This document shows, one piece after another, positions 23,821 through 35,300 of a stretch of 64,000 nucleotides of DNA. Positions within the stretch are counted from its first letter, which is position 1. Each line of letters begins with the position of its first letter. Where the stretch lies: assembly GCA_001179505.1 (NCBI GenBank), contig CDMY01000791.1, positions 62,001-126,000 on the forward strand. The letters are read 5' to 3'. Below the pieces are notes generated by a model. The model saw nothing but the letters and a program-made list of their open reading frames with translations, was not told where the DNA came from and ran no database searches. Both the position numbers and the translations under genes were made by a program. Source of the DNA: Vitrella brassicaformis CCMP3155. Its lineage: Eukaryota; Protista; Chromerida.

Positions 23821-26800
23821 CTAGTGGTGTTCGACAGGCGGCTCGTCTGTGCAGAGCAGCCCATTGGCGCTGGGCGGGCTCCCCACCAGGCAACACCCAT
23901 CCTGAACAACAACATGAAAGATGACGACCATGTTGATTATTCAACACACAGCCAGCAGTGGCTGCCAAATACTGCTCACTCGGTTTTCGACCAGGAAGGC
24001 GGAAGCATCCGCATTCCACTGCAAACGGTGAACGGCCCCAAAGCCCCCTGCATGTCATGTGCAACACCGAGATAGCTCCGTGTTTGCTCCGTTTCTATGA
24101 GTGCCAGCCAATATATCTGTCTGGCTGTACCTGGCAGGTCTATGGCCGACGCCCCCTGCGGCATCCACACGTACAGATGGTCAGACGCGCCGATCCACAA
24201 CCTGCATCCAATGCCACAGCCGAGCCGATGTCTCATGACACAGCACGGCAAGGTTGGCCAAATCGCCCTGGCTAGCGTACCTCGCCTCGTCTTTGGCGCA
24301 CTGGCTGGGCTCCCACGCTGAGTAAGTGAGACACACACGGAGACATTAACGATGAGTGGCGCCGCATTGATGTTTGGCATTCGCGTGCTCTCTGTGGGTG
24401 GCTCATGCAGTCAGTCAGATGTTGTACCGATGCATTTGACGTTGTGCATCTGGACCAGCAGCGAGTGCAAAGCGTAGCGGTTCGTGTCCCACACGCGCAC
24501 CACACACGGCTCGGAGTCTGAGGATGGGAGGGAGACAATCAATCAATGGGAGGCCCTGCCCTTCACATACCACTCACTACAGTCGCACGTGATGTGTGGC
24601 TGTGCTGTGTGACATACGTGTCAGTCAATGCCTACCGTACCGCTTTTAGATGCGATCCAGCGGCTGTCGGGGCTCCACTCTACGATGCTCACCCCCACAC
24701 TGCCGAGACTCTGACATACACACACACACACACACACATCAATGCAGCCGCACCCGATTGTGTGTCTGTCATTCCAACACGTACTGCTGATGCGCTTGTG
24801 TTGGGGGGCGGCACTGCTCCTGACGGCTTGGCGCCTCTCGCGGACACGTCCACCGTGGTGTCAATGACATCTGCACAGACAAAGAGCCTCCATGGGTGAC
24901 TCTTCACTCTGCTGGTCATTGCGCACATCGTGAGACACGATGCTCGTCCCGGGCACTACTGACAGACAAGGCGTGCAGAGACGGCATCGAATCGAGACAT
25001 TTTCTTCTTCAGGTTACCCACCCTCCATGGGGGATGTCAGCCTGCTCGAGCACCTCCTTGTACACCAACTGCACCAACGACAAGCGACAACAACAAGTGC
25101 CAGCCAGGGTCTTTCCTCACGCAGACAGAGCACATGAAGGTCGGTCACGTCACTTACCGTCTCAGGGATGGCGTCGCCTCTCTCCCTGTCGCCGTCGTCC
25201 GTTTGGCCACCGCGGTGTGTCAGCTCGACTAGCAGATCGAAGGTCACCTGGCTGTACACACGCAGCTTGTCATCATAGCTGCCCGTCGCAAACAACGGAG
25301 CCGTGCGACTGAACTGAGCGGCGCTCTTGACACCTGAANNNNNNNNNNNNNNNNNNNNNNNNNNNNNNNNNNNNNNNNNNNNNNNNNNNNNNNNNNNNNN
25401 NNNNNNNNNNNNNNNNNNNNNNNNNNNNNNNNNNNNNNNNNNNNNNNNNNNNNNNNNNNNNNNNNNNNNNNNNNNNNNNNNNNNNNNNNNNNNNNNNNNN
25501 NNNNNNNNNNNNNNNNNNNNNNNNNNNNNNNNNNNNNNNNNNNNNNNNNNNNNNNNNNNNNNNNNNNNNNNNNNNNNNNNNNNNNNNNNNNNNNNNNNNN
25601 NNNNNNNNNNNNNNNNNNNNNNNNNNNNNNNNNNNNNNCCCCCCCCCGCATGGACAGGGAGTACGTCTGTCGTCCTGTTGTCATGTTGACGCACGTGTCT
25701 GTCTCTACCTAGGCCTGCCGTGTGTGGCTGGATGCACTTGAGAAGCTGCCCGAACACCGAATACACGCATATGCGATCCTGCACAACAAATATTAATTAC
25801 ACAAAGGGAGGGGAGACTTTCCACTCTCTGCTTTGCTTGTGAATGTGAGTTTGCACCCACCTCTGGCGGACTGTCGATGACTATGACGGCAGCGTCATCG
25901 TGCGCCCACTGCAGCTGCTGGGCGTCACATGTGGCGATGGGCAGCTGCTGCAGGCAGCTCCAGTCATCGCACGCAATCACCGACACGCCATCACGGCCGT
26001 CCTGTAGGCATGTTCTCACACACACACACACACACTCACACGTGGAATATCTCGCCCTCTGAGAGCTTCCTCTGCAGGGTGATGTCCTGTCTACCTGTCT
26101 CTGCAGCACTGCCATGTACTTGCTGTCCTTGCCGCTGAACGACACAACTGCCAAAGCACACACGCACACGTATGAGTGCGGATGCATCACTTCACCCTCG
26201 ATGTGTGCCCATCGCACTCACCTTTGCGGCCCTGCTTCGGGTTCTTGACGTGGCACACGGCAGCGCGAGAGCCAACATCCCATACGGTGAGCTTCAGCTG
26301 GAAGTCGGAGAAGGTCACGATGTGGCCGCCATCGGGAGAAAACATCGCGTCGATAACCCCTGTGAGGAGCAAAGGCATGGGACACGCATTTCTCTTGCCG
26401 TAATGACCTCCCTCCCTGTCGGCCCCTCCCTTTCCCTCACCTGAGATGCCTGCATTGATCCTGAAGGACCAATCCTTCGACCGAACATCGAACACTGCAC
26501 ACAACAAAAGCCAAATGCAGCTGCAGGTGCGGGGTGGCAGTATTCCACTCCTCTCCTCCTTGGCAGCGGCCCGACCTTGGACCACCCCTGAGAGGCGGAC
26601 ATGCATAATAAAATGTATCATTGTAGGCCGTCCTGTGCACGACAGATCTGATTTCCCACGCATACCTCGTTTGTGTTGGGCGCATAAGAGAAAGGGGCCC
26701 CTCGGGGACCACTCTGCATCAGTAGAATACAATGAGTGCACCAGGTGGGGGTGGGGTCGGCATCTTGTTCCGGCCACCGCACCTATCTTGTCGACTCGGT

Positions 26801-26939
26801 CAAGGCACTGGAATGAGGCCGAGACATTGTGTGTTATTGCCAGCCGCACCAGAACTGTTGCCCCTGCGGTGCCTGCGATGTATGTCCCGTCAGGGGACCA
26901 CTCGTTGTTGGCCTGACCCGGAATCTGTTCGAAATCCAT
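23821..26939 (-). CDS. WRAP73: WD-repeat protein WRAP73/WDR8 (centriole/basal-body)
   Basis: Exons give WSPDGTYIA, FQCLDRVDKIEWSPRGPFLLCAQHKRG, FSPDGGHIVTFSDFQLKLTVW, YMAVLQR, DGVSVIACDDWSCL, LGVKSAAQFS..FATGSYDDKLRV, GVSIVEWSPDSRWIA, VWCVWD and HLYVWMPQGA, following the WRAP73 motif order. Confidence 0.9.
25339..25638. other. Assembly gap (300 N)
   Basis: Run of N within a WRAP73 intron. The flanking exons join in frame (AGL-GVKS), so no exon appears to be lost. Confidence 0.99.
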
Positions 26940-27906
26940 CTAGATCTTGCAGAGTCGATGGCGGGTGAGTGAACGTATATGTGTATCCGCAGAACGGATG
27001 GGATCGGTCACAGTAGCCACCACAGACGTATAGTGAATGTCAACAACACAAACTGCACCACCACATCTCACACAAGACACCAGCCACACACAACAACATA
27101 GTAGGGATGGACAACACCGTGTGTGTAGGGGTGGGGCGAGTAGCGTACCGTACCACCGGAATATGCACAGCATGCCCCAGTGACCCAAACCACCAGTACA
27201 CCACAGACAGATAGTCACCCTGTACCAACATCCAGACACAGAGAGGGAGAGGTGATGGATGTGTAGAGCGCCACGTGAGATGGCCTGTGTGCGGGCGGCG
27301 TACCAACAGCAGTGAGTCATGCGAGCATTGCGGAGATCCGGCCGTACCAGCGAGATGAGCTACGACCCCGATATGATGGCAGCCAAAGCGCAAAACGTGC
27401 CAGCAACGCACACTGAACACACTGCATCCACACGACACAAGAGAGCGATGAATGGATGGATAGATGTGTGCGAGAGGTGCCGTACATGTACCTGCAATGG
27501 CAATCAGATGCCTTCGGGCGTTGTGCGTGTCGTGTATCAGCTGTCTTTTTTGCTTGCGCCAGAACCGTAAACGGAAGCAACCCTTATGCACAGACTGCTG
27601 TCAAAACGATGCGTGGATACACTGGGCCAAAACCAAGGCGAAACACAAAGCCACAGCGTGGTGTAGCCGCGACACATCTGGATCTGTTTGGGCTGGCCAA
27701 GTTTGTGGCGAGGCTGCATTCAATGGGAGGAGGGGGCCGAGCCGCCTGAAGTGGCCCCCACCACCCCCACCTGGGAGTTCGAAGGAGCCTGAGGTACTAC
27801 AGTTCAGAGGGTGAGCGGCGCTTTGACGTCTCGTCCTCCTTGCTGCTTGTTTGCACTGGGTCTCTTTGAAAATCTCATTGCAGCGTTGCAGCGCTGAAGG
27901 GGCGCA

Positions 27907-29528
27907 ATGGCGTGTGAGGTGAGCATGGCGTCTGCTGACGGGCAAGGAATCGCACGCTCTCTCGCCAAACTTGAGGCCGAGATGACACAGGGGCACATTG
28001 ACAGGAAGCTGCGCCGTCTGGTCAGTAAGCTAGGAGGGTGGTGCCGCCTGCTCTTCCCATCAGTGCAGATGTGTGCGCCAACAGGACATGAACACGTATC
28101 GCACCACCTACGCGGATATGACGCATGGGGTGGGTAACCGATCAATGCCGCAGCGAGAGAGAGGACAGACAGGACCGCTGCACGGCTGCACATCTGCCTG
28201 TTTGTTTGTCTGATGTGCATGTGGGCGCACCGTGCAGCTGGAGACGAGTATCAAGAGCGACTACCCCAGCGGTTATGGAGGTCATGTGCCCAACCTGCGC
28301 CACCAAGTGCTGTTCCGCAACACCAAATTCGATGACGACCTGCTCACCAGGAGACACGAGTTCCGCGACGCCTTGCCGGACTTCACGGCCAACAAACTGG
28401 GGTTGGGGGAAGGGCCACGCACTCACATGCATTGCACACACTCAGACTTTTCTCCTTTTCACGCCCTGTCTGTCTGTCAGACTCCCGTACTACACCGCAA
28501 ACCCCAGGGTGCCGACGGACGTCAACACGTTCGGGACCAAGATGAAGGAGAATCCGCTGATAAGTCCCCCCTGGTGCATCCAGGCACTGCCCCAGCTGCA
28601 GAAGCCGCCCACCTTCAGGAACGCACAAGAGGTGTGCCAGCAGCAAAGGGGGATGCACACAGACAGATCAGGTGTTGGTTGCTTTTTTTTCCATTGATGC
28701 CTGCGTCAGCTGGCGCGTAACCTTCGTGAGAGGCAGCATGAGAAGGCTGAGAAGGAGAAGACACAGACGACGCTCAAGGCCACCAAGGCAAGTACTGGGG
28801 AGGGGCCCAAGGAGGGCGAGCAGATCGTGGCGCCGCGCGATACAGCTGAAATCAAACCCTCAGAGGAGACAGAACATGTGCTCAAGGTATTTTCCGACGA
28901 CAGCACACCGGCCACTTGATATCCATTGCAGTGTACACGCCCATGTCTCCCTCCCTTCAATCTCTGCAGGAGGCTGTTGCAGGTGGTGGCGAAGCCAAGG
29001 CAGCTGAGGCGGCAGACAAGGCGCCAGAGGAGCAGAAGGAAGCGCCACCTGCTGAGCAACAGAAGGAAGCACCCAAAGAGGAAGAGGTCGTTGTTGGAGA
29101 AGACGCTCAGGACCAGCTCATCGTCTCACAGCGACCAGGTACACGCCTTCTGTGAGTGCGTCTTCTTGCGGACGTGTCTGCTTTCATACATTTTGTTACA
29201 TACGTACGTACGAACATGTCTGTGCATTACAAACAGCGATGCCTGTTGGCAGTGGAGCTTACTACAGGGAGCCTGTGAGAGGACCGTCTGAGACACGTCT
29301 GCACAAGGTGCTGACTACTTATGAGGCTGCCCACCTCATCAACAACCCAAAGGCATCGCAAAAACCCGTACGTGCAGCCTGCACCGCACCCTAGTTTCCT
29401 AAACCCACAAAGAGGCAGGCAATGGAGAGAAGGATGGATGGATGGGTTTCTGTGGTGTGAATGGATGTATGTGTGTGTGTGTACAGGTGGCGCCCAGGGT
29501 TGATCACCACAAGACGCACTTCGAATAA
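27907..29528 (+). CDS. Hypothetical protein with PSGYGGHVP motif (candidate microtubule-associated protein)
   Basis: Spliced exons: MNTYRTTYADMTHG-LETSIKSDYPSGYGGHVPNLRHQVLFRNT..., DVNTFGT..ISPPWC, an E/K/A/P-rich middle, MPVGSGAYYREP.. and ..VAPRVDHHKTHFE*. Exon junctions are in phase. The first exon is ambiguous. Confidence 0.7.
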
Positions 29529-29863
29529 ATGACCGAGCTGTGTGCACTGGATGGGATGATTGAATCAGTGAGCAGTGACGTCTGTCTGCACATACAAACA
29601 GGACCATCGCAGATGGACCATCCATTGATCGATCAACACTGTGTGTAAGGCTTTAATTGCAATGTCTCGCATGCAACTACGATGGCCACTGCCTGCCAAT
29701 ACATCCACACGCGTCTCACAGTAGAGACTTCGAAATCATCCACTGCACGAGCTAGCTAATCCCCCGCCCGCTAAATTAGGCTGACAACTCATCAGCGAGC
29801 AAGTGGGCCGACCAAATGCCCCCCCACATATACACACACGTGTGACCGCCCCACCCTCGGTCG

Positions 29864-31031
29864 TCACGGGCAACACGGCGCCCCATCTGCCTGCTCATCA
29901 TGCTTTCCTGCCGCTATCGTCACGGGCACCGCCACGCCCCACGTTGGCGAGAAACAGAACGCACCGACGCCGAAACCCAGTATGACACAGAGGAACAGAC
30001 CTGCAGCGAGGGCAGCCAGATACTCAGACAGACAGACATATGCATGGTGGCTGGAGAGACGGAATAACGCCGTCTGTCTGTCTGTCTGGCTGTCACTGCC
30101 TCAATCGACACATACCTGCGTTAAACGTCATGGTGACGAGCATGAGGCCATAATCGAGGCCCAGTGTGACGGTGGTGAGGAAGCTGCAGTGTGGCGACAC
30201 ACAGCAGCCAGGTGAGGAACGGATGCAGTCTTCGTTCCATACACAGCCTCCGTACCTTCTGATGAGATTGTGTTTGAGGTGCTGCCGTGAGAGCATGGCC
30301 TTGACGGCCTGCTCCTGCTGCTCCTCAGGAATGACCACGATGGCCGAGCAGTAGGCCTCCGCTGACGTCCCATTGGCCCTCCCGCCCTCATCCATCGCGT
30401 GATAAGCCTTACTCCCCTCCCCATTAAGCGCCGTCCCCCTCTCAGCGGGCGAGAGGAAGGCCTCGCGCGTCGTTCCCGCCCCTACTGCCGTCTGAGATGA
30501 CTGGCTCGCCACCTGCCGCTCGGTGCTGCCGAAGGACTGCGAGCCTTTGCGTGTTGGGGTGATAATGGCGATGGTCTCGAGCTCACGGTAGGAGCCATCT
30601 TTGCCCCAGAAGCCGGGCGTGCGTGCGCTGGCGGAAGGGAGAGAGGCGTCGAGCTGTCCTCCAGAATGTGGGTCCATGTTGGACTCGTCCGACGAGAGAT
30701 GGAGAGAGGAGCGGGACCAGTGCTGCTCGACGTCACGACGCACCTTCTTGAGCCACATCGACAGCACCGCCGCCGCAAACACAATGAGGGCGGAGAGGGC
30801 GAACTGGAGAGGGGTAGTCGTGCTCCACCACCTGTTGGAACCAAACAGGCAGGGCATCGCATCGTACGGCATGAGACCATACCGTCTTCCTTCTCTTTGC
30901 CCCACTGACTTGAAGAGTATGGTGACATTCCATCCCCAGTAGAACCACATCTGCATCATCATCATGTCCATCCCTCCACCGCCATCCATTCCATCGCAGG
31001 CCATCGTAGAGTTGCTATCCGACATGGTCAT
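29864..31031 (-). CDS. CTR: Ctr/SLC31 family copper transporter
   Basis: Met-rich N-terminus (MDGGGGMDMMMMQMWFYWGWNVTILFKWWST), TM1, a long loop, TM2 with MxxxM (YGLMLVTMTFN), TM3 LGFGVG and a Cys-Cys-Pro C-terminus. Confidence 0.92.
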
Positions 31032-31884
31032 TGACAACTCTCTCCAATGGCTCCTGAAGCAGGCCACACACCAAACACAGGAGCCATCTTTATCGCGCGG
31101 TCGCCACTGCCACTGCTTCAGTGAACCTTACTGAGAGAATCTGCTGGAGCACTGAGAGAAGAGAAGAGAAGAGGGAAGAGGTGAGAGGGAAGAGGGACAA
31201 GGGAATGGGACAGTGCTGCGAGCTTTGAACAATTTCGGGCATGCTGTGAAACGGTGTTGCGAGCTTTGAGGAGGAGGAAAAGGAGGAGGAGAGGCGTGAA
31301 ACGTCAAACTCGAAGGACGCTGACTAGCTTCAGCTGTCTCGACGATACGAACAGGAGGCTCCAGCTGTTTATCCGCTGCGAGCTTGAAGCAACCCGCAGC
31401 GGCAGAGAAGAGTGTGCTGCTTGGCTGCTGCACCACAGAGAAGGTAAATAATCGAAGGACACTGATCTTCCCGCAGCAGCGCGGCGTTTAAGACGGAAAG
31501 ATCTCTCTTTCACCCCGGTAAGGACACGGAGGGAAGACCGTGGTTCTCCGCGTCTGCCACGAGTGGATGCTTGCCTGTGTGATGTCTGCTGCCGCAGGCG
31601 GTCAGCGATGGCGGGCTGAGACGAGCCGAACAACAACCGTGATCCGTGTGCCACAGTGCCAATCATTTATGTGCGGCGCTCGTGCTCTTGGTGACTCTCT
31701 GTGACGTTGGCTGCTCGGCTGTCGACCGCTCAACCATCCCTCGGCCGTTGTCGGGAGTCGTCACTCACTGACTGACTGACTGACTGACTCAGTGACTGCT
31801 TGTAGGAGGACAGACAGCTGTGTGTGAGTCAGTGATTTATCTATCCTTCATCGCAATGCCGCGGGCGGAGTGTGCCGATTTTGC

Positions 31885-31938
31885 TTGTCTGAGGCGACTG
31901 GCTGACTGACTTTGTGTTTGTCTGAGGCGACTGGCTGA
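31885..31938 (+). repeat. Exact 21-nt direct repeat (TTGTCTGAGGCGACTGGCTGA x2) among (TGAC)n tracts upstream of the PKS
   Basis: Copies at 31885..31905 and 31918..31938. (ACTG/TGAC)n at ~31765-31797 and (CAGT)n at ~32215-32245. Confidence 0.85.
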
Positions 31939-32312
31939 GTGACTGACGACGGGCCGTTTGCTTCTGTCATTCCGTGTTGATTGAGTTTAAGTAGGGGTAC
32001 ATACGTTCAAGTCTATACAGAGACAGACGGGTGTGGGTGTGCTGCGTGGACCAGCTGTCCGCAGCAGAATCATCCGTCCTTCTCGTCCTTGCCTAGCTAG
32101 GTCCTGCCTTGTCTTGCCTTGCTGTGTATAAGTCTGTCGATTGATTCCTTTCTGTGTCCTGTTGTGGCAGTTTTGATCATTACGACGTATCGATTGACTG
32201 TCTGTCTGTGAAGAGAGTCAGTCAGTCAGGCAGCCAGTCAGTCAGTCATACACCTCTCTCTCTCACTTACTCGTTCTCTCTCGCTCGCTCTTTGTCTCGT
32301 GGTCTCGAAGAG

Positions 32313-35300
32313 ATGGAAGAGCCTTTCCCTCGCGCATCTGACGATGTTGCCCACCAGCCTGGTGTCCCCCCTCCCCACGCCCCCTCCCCATCCCCCTCTC
32401 ACCAATTCCCCGCCCCGCCCCCCGCCAGCTTCTTCGCCACCCTGCAGCGATGGGCCTACGAGGTGCCGGACCGCATCGCCTTCCAGTGGCTGGGGCTCGA
32501 CGGCCAAGAGCAGCACCGGCTGACGTATGGAGCGCTGATTGAGCACGTGCGCAAGACGGCATGGTATCTGGAGCACACGTTGGGTCTGGGCAAGGGCGAC
32601 AGGGTGCTGCTGTGCTACCCACCGTCCAACGACTTCACGGTGCCCTTCATGGCCTGCCTGGCCACCGGCATCATCGCCGTGCCCGTCTACCCGGCCGACC
32701 CCAAGAAGCCCAAGGAGGTGCAGCGGCTGCTGCGGGTGGCAGCATCGGCGCGCACCAAGCACGCCCTCACCAACACATCCTACCACCGCATGATCACACT
32801 CGCAGCGGGGCTGGGAGGCCTCGCGGGAGGGCAGGGGGAGGGCCTCCAGCAGCTCAAGTGGACCGTCACCGACACCGTCACACGGACAGTGGGGCGCGAC
32901 GAGTCCGTTGCGTGGCGGCCGGCTGATTTGGAGCCATCCGAGGTGGCCTTCCTGCAATTCACATCGGGGTCCACCAGCGACCCCAAGGGCGTCATGGTGA
33001 CGCACGGCTCCCTCGTCTTCAACGTCCACGTGTGCAGCATGACCTTCGGATTCGCCAACGACGTGGAGCGAAAGGCGCACACAGAGGCCCAGCAGCAGCA
33101 GCAGAGGGACAGAGGTGAGAAGACGGCCACGGCGGCGGCGTCGCCTGTCCCCTTCCTCTACATGGACGGCGATTACCCCCTCGACAAGCTGCAGGCGTAT
33201 TTGCGTGAGCGGCATGCCCTCTCCCAGCAGGTGCTCGGCCACCCGTGTCGGGCATTCAGCTGGCTGCCCATGTACCACGACATGGGGTTAGTGGGGTTCG
33301 TCCTCAGCACCTCGTTCAGCGGCCTCGAGACCTACCTGATGTCACCGCTGGACTTCATCAAGCGCCCTCACGCGTGGCTGCACCTGATGAGCCGCTACCA
33401 GTGCATCGCGTGTGCGGCGCCCAACTTCGCCTTCGACCTGGTGTGCCGCAAGATGCCCGATGAGATCTTCAACTCGCTGGACTTCCGGTGGGTCAGCCAG
33501 GGGGGCTTCCTGTGCGGCGCAGAGCCCATCAGAGACAAAACCGTCAAGAGATTCCTCAAGGTAAACAGAGAGAGAGGAGGGAGGGAGGGAGGGCACACGA
33601 ATGTTCTTTCGCAAACCTCACGTCTCCTCTGTGTGTGTGTCTATGCAGCGTTTTGCGTCCAAGGGAGTGAAGCCATGGAGTTTCCTCCCGGCGTATGGCC
33701 TGGCCGAGAACACCCTGCTCGTGACGGGGAAGCGGGAGTTCCACCAGGGGCCGCTGTTTCTCACTGTCGACAACGAGGAACTGACACACAATGGACGCAT
33801 CGTCGTGGTGAGCAAGCAATGATCAAGGATGCAACCATGGGCAAGAAGACGCTGCTCAACATTTGTGTGTGCCGTCAGGTTCGTGAGGAGAGTTTGAGTG
33901 ACAGCGATGTCAATCTGGCGGACTGGGACGACGTGGCTGAAGAGCCGTCGGCCCGCCTCAAGACACTGGTCGGCTGCGGGCAGCCCGTGCAGGGCACCGA
34001 TGTGCGCATCGTCGACCCAGAGACCCTCAACGAGGTTCATGAGGAGGGCAAACACGGAGAGATATGGGTCATGTCAAGAAGGTGAGTCGAGTGAAGACAC
34101 AACCACAGCAAAAGACACACACCCACATGTGTAATATGGGTACTGCACCTCCTGTCTGCCTCTGTTTGTTTGCATTGATCAGCAATGCGTTGGGCTACTG
34201 GGACCAGCCCCAGCAGACTGAGGAGACGTTTCGTGCCCAGTTCTCACAGTCGACAGGCGAGCTGTCTGCGCGTCGGTTCCTCCGCACTGGCGACTTCGGG
34301 TTTCTGTGGAAGGGCATGCTGTTCGTGACGGGTCGCATGAAGGACATGGTGATAGTCCGCGGCCGCAACTACTACCCACAGGACGTCGAGGAGGCAGTGG
34401 AGGGATGCCACGAGGCCATCAGGCCAGGGTGCTGCGCGGCCTTCTCGACCGACGCCAATGGCACCACCACCACAACAGCAGCGGCAGCGGGCGAGTGTCA
34501 GGGTGAGCTCCTCGTGGTGGTCGCCGAGGTCAGAAACGCCGAGGCGTCGTGGTACAGCCGGCTCTTCCAGCGCGTCAAGAGAGACGAGTACACGGCCATC
34601 TGTGAGGCCATCTGCCGGGCGGTGCAGACGCAGGTGGGCCTGCCGGTCGCCAGGGTGATCCTTCTCGCCCCACGTACCATCCTCAAGACATCAAGCGGCA
34701 AGATCCAGCGGCAGCGCACCAAGGCTGAGCTCACTGACGGCCAACTCAAGGGCATCGTGTTCCAGTACGAGAACGACCACTCTGCGAGCGGATCCATGCA
34801 GCAGCAGCCGCACCCCGCCAGTGGAGGGGATGATGGAGGAGTCTGTGACGCACACGAGGCGTCCTCCCCGTCGGTGCCCACTGACGGAGGTGAGGTGGCC
34901 AGCGGCAACGTCAACCACCCACACGGAGGACCGGGCCACCTCCACACGTCCCTGTCGTCGACCAGACTGGTCGGTGAGTCGGCAGCGACGGATGACGGTG
35001 CGCCGGAAACGCCAGAACCCACTGAAGGAGGCGAGTGCGTCACGGCTCCGCAACAAATCATCCGCGTGTCTCAGCGAGAGATCCAGGAGGTGATAGTGTC
35101 TGCGCTTGGTGAGATCGTCCGTCTGCCCGACCGCCCCGGCCTCGACTGCCCCCTGCACGAGCTGGGCATCGACTCGATAGCCGCGGTCAACTTCTGCAAC
35201 CTGCTGGGCAAGCGGCTGTCGCGAGACTTCCCTGCGACGCTGCTGTTCGACTACCCGACGATCCGCGACCTGACCAACTACATCATGGAGGACGAGGAAT

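Noticed and set aside
27040-27814. Possible small spliced gene(s) between WRAP73 and the GYGGHVP gene, on either strand
   Set aside because: Splice-like signals exist on the minus strand, but no consistent frame or recognisable protein could be built; may be 5' UTR exons.
31760-31940. CRISPR-like or tandem repeat array upstream of the PKS
   Set aside because: Only two 21-nt copies with a 12-nt spacer plus simple tetranucleotide repeats; eukaryotic context and no cas genes.
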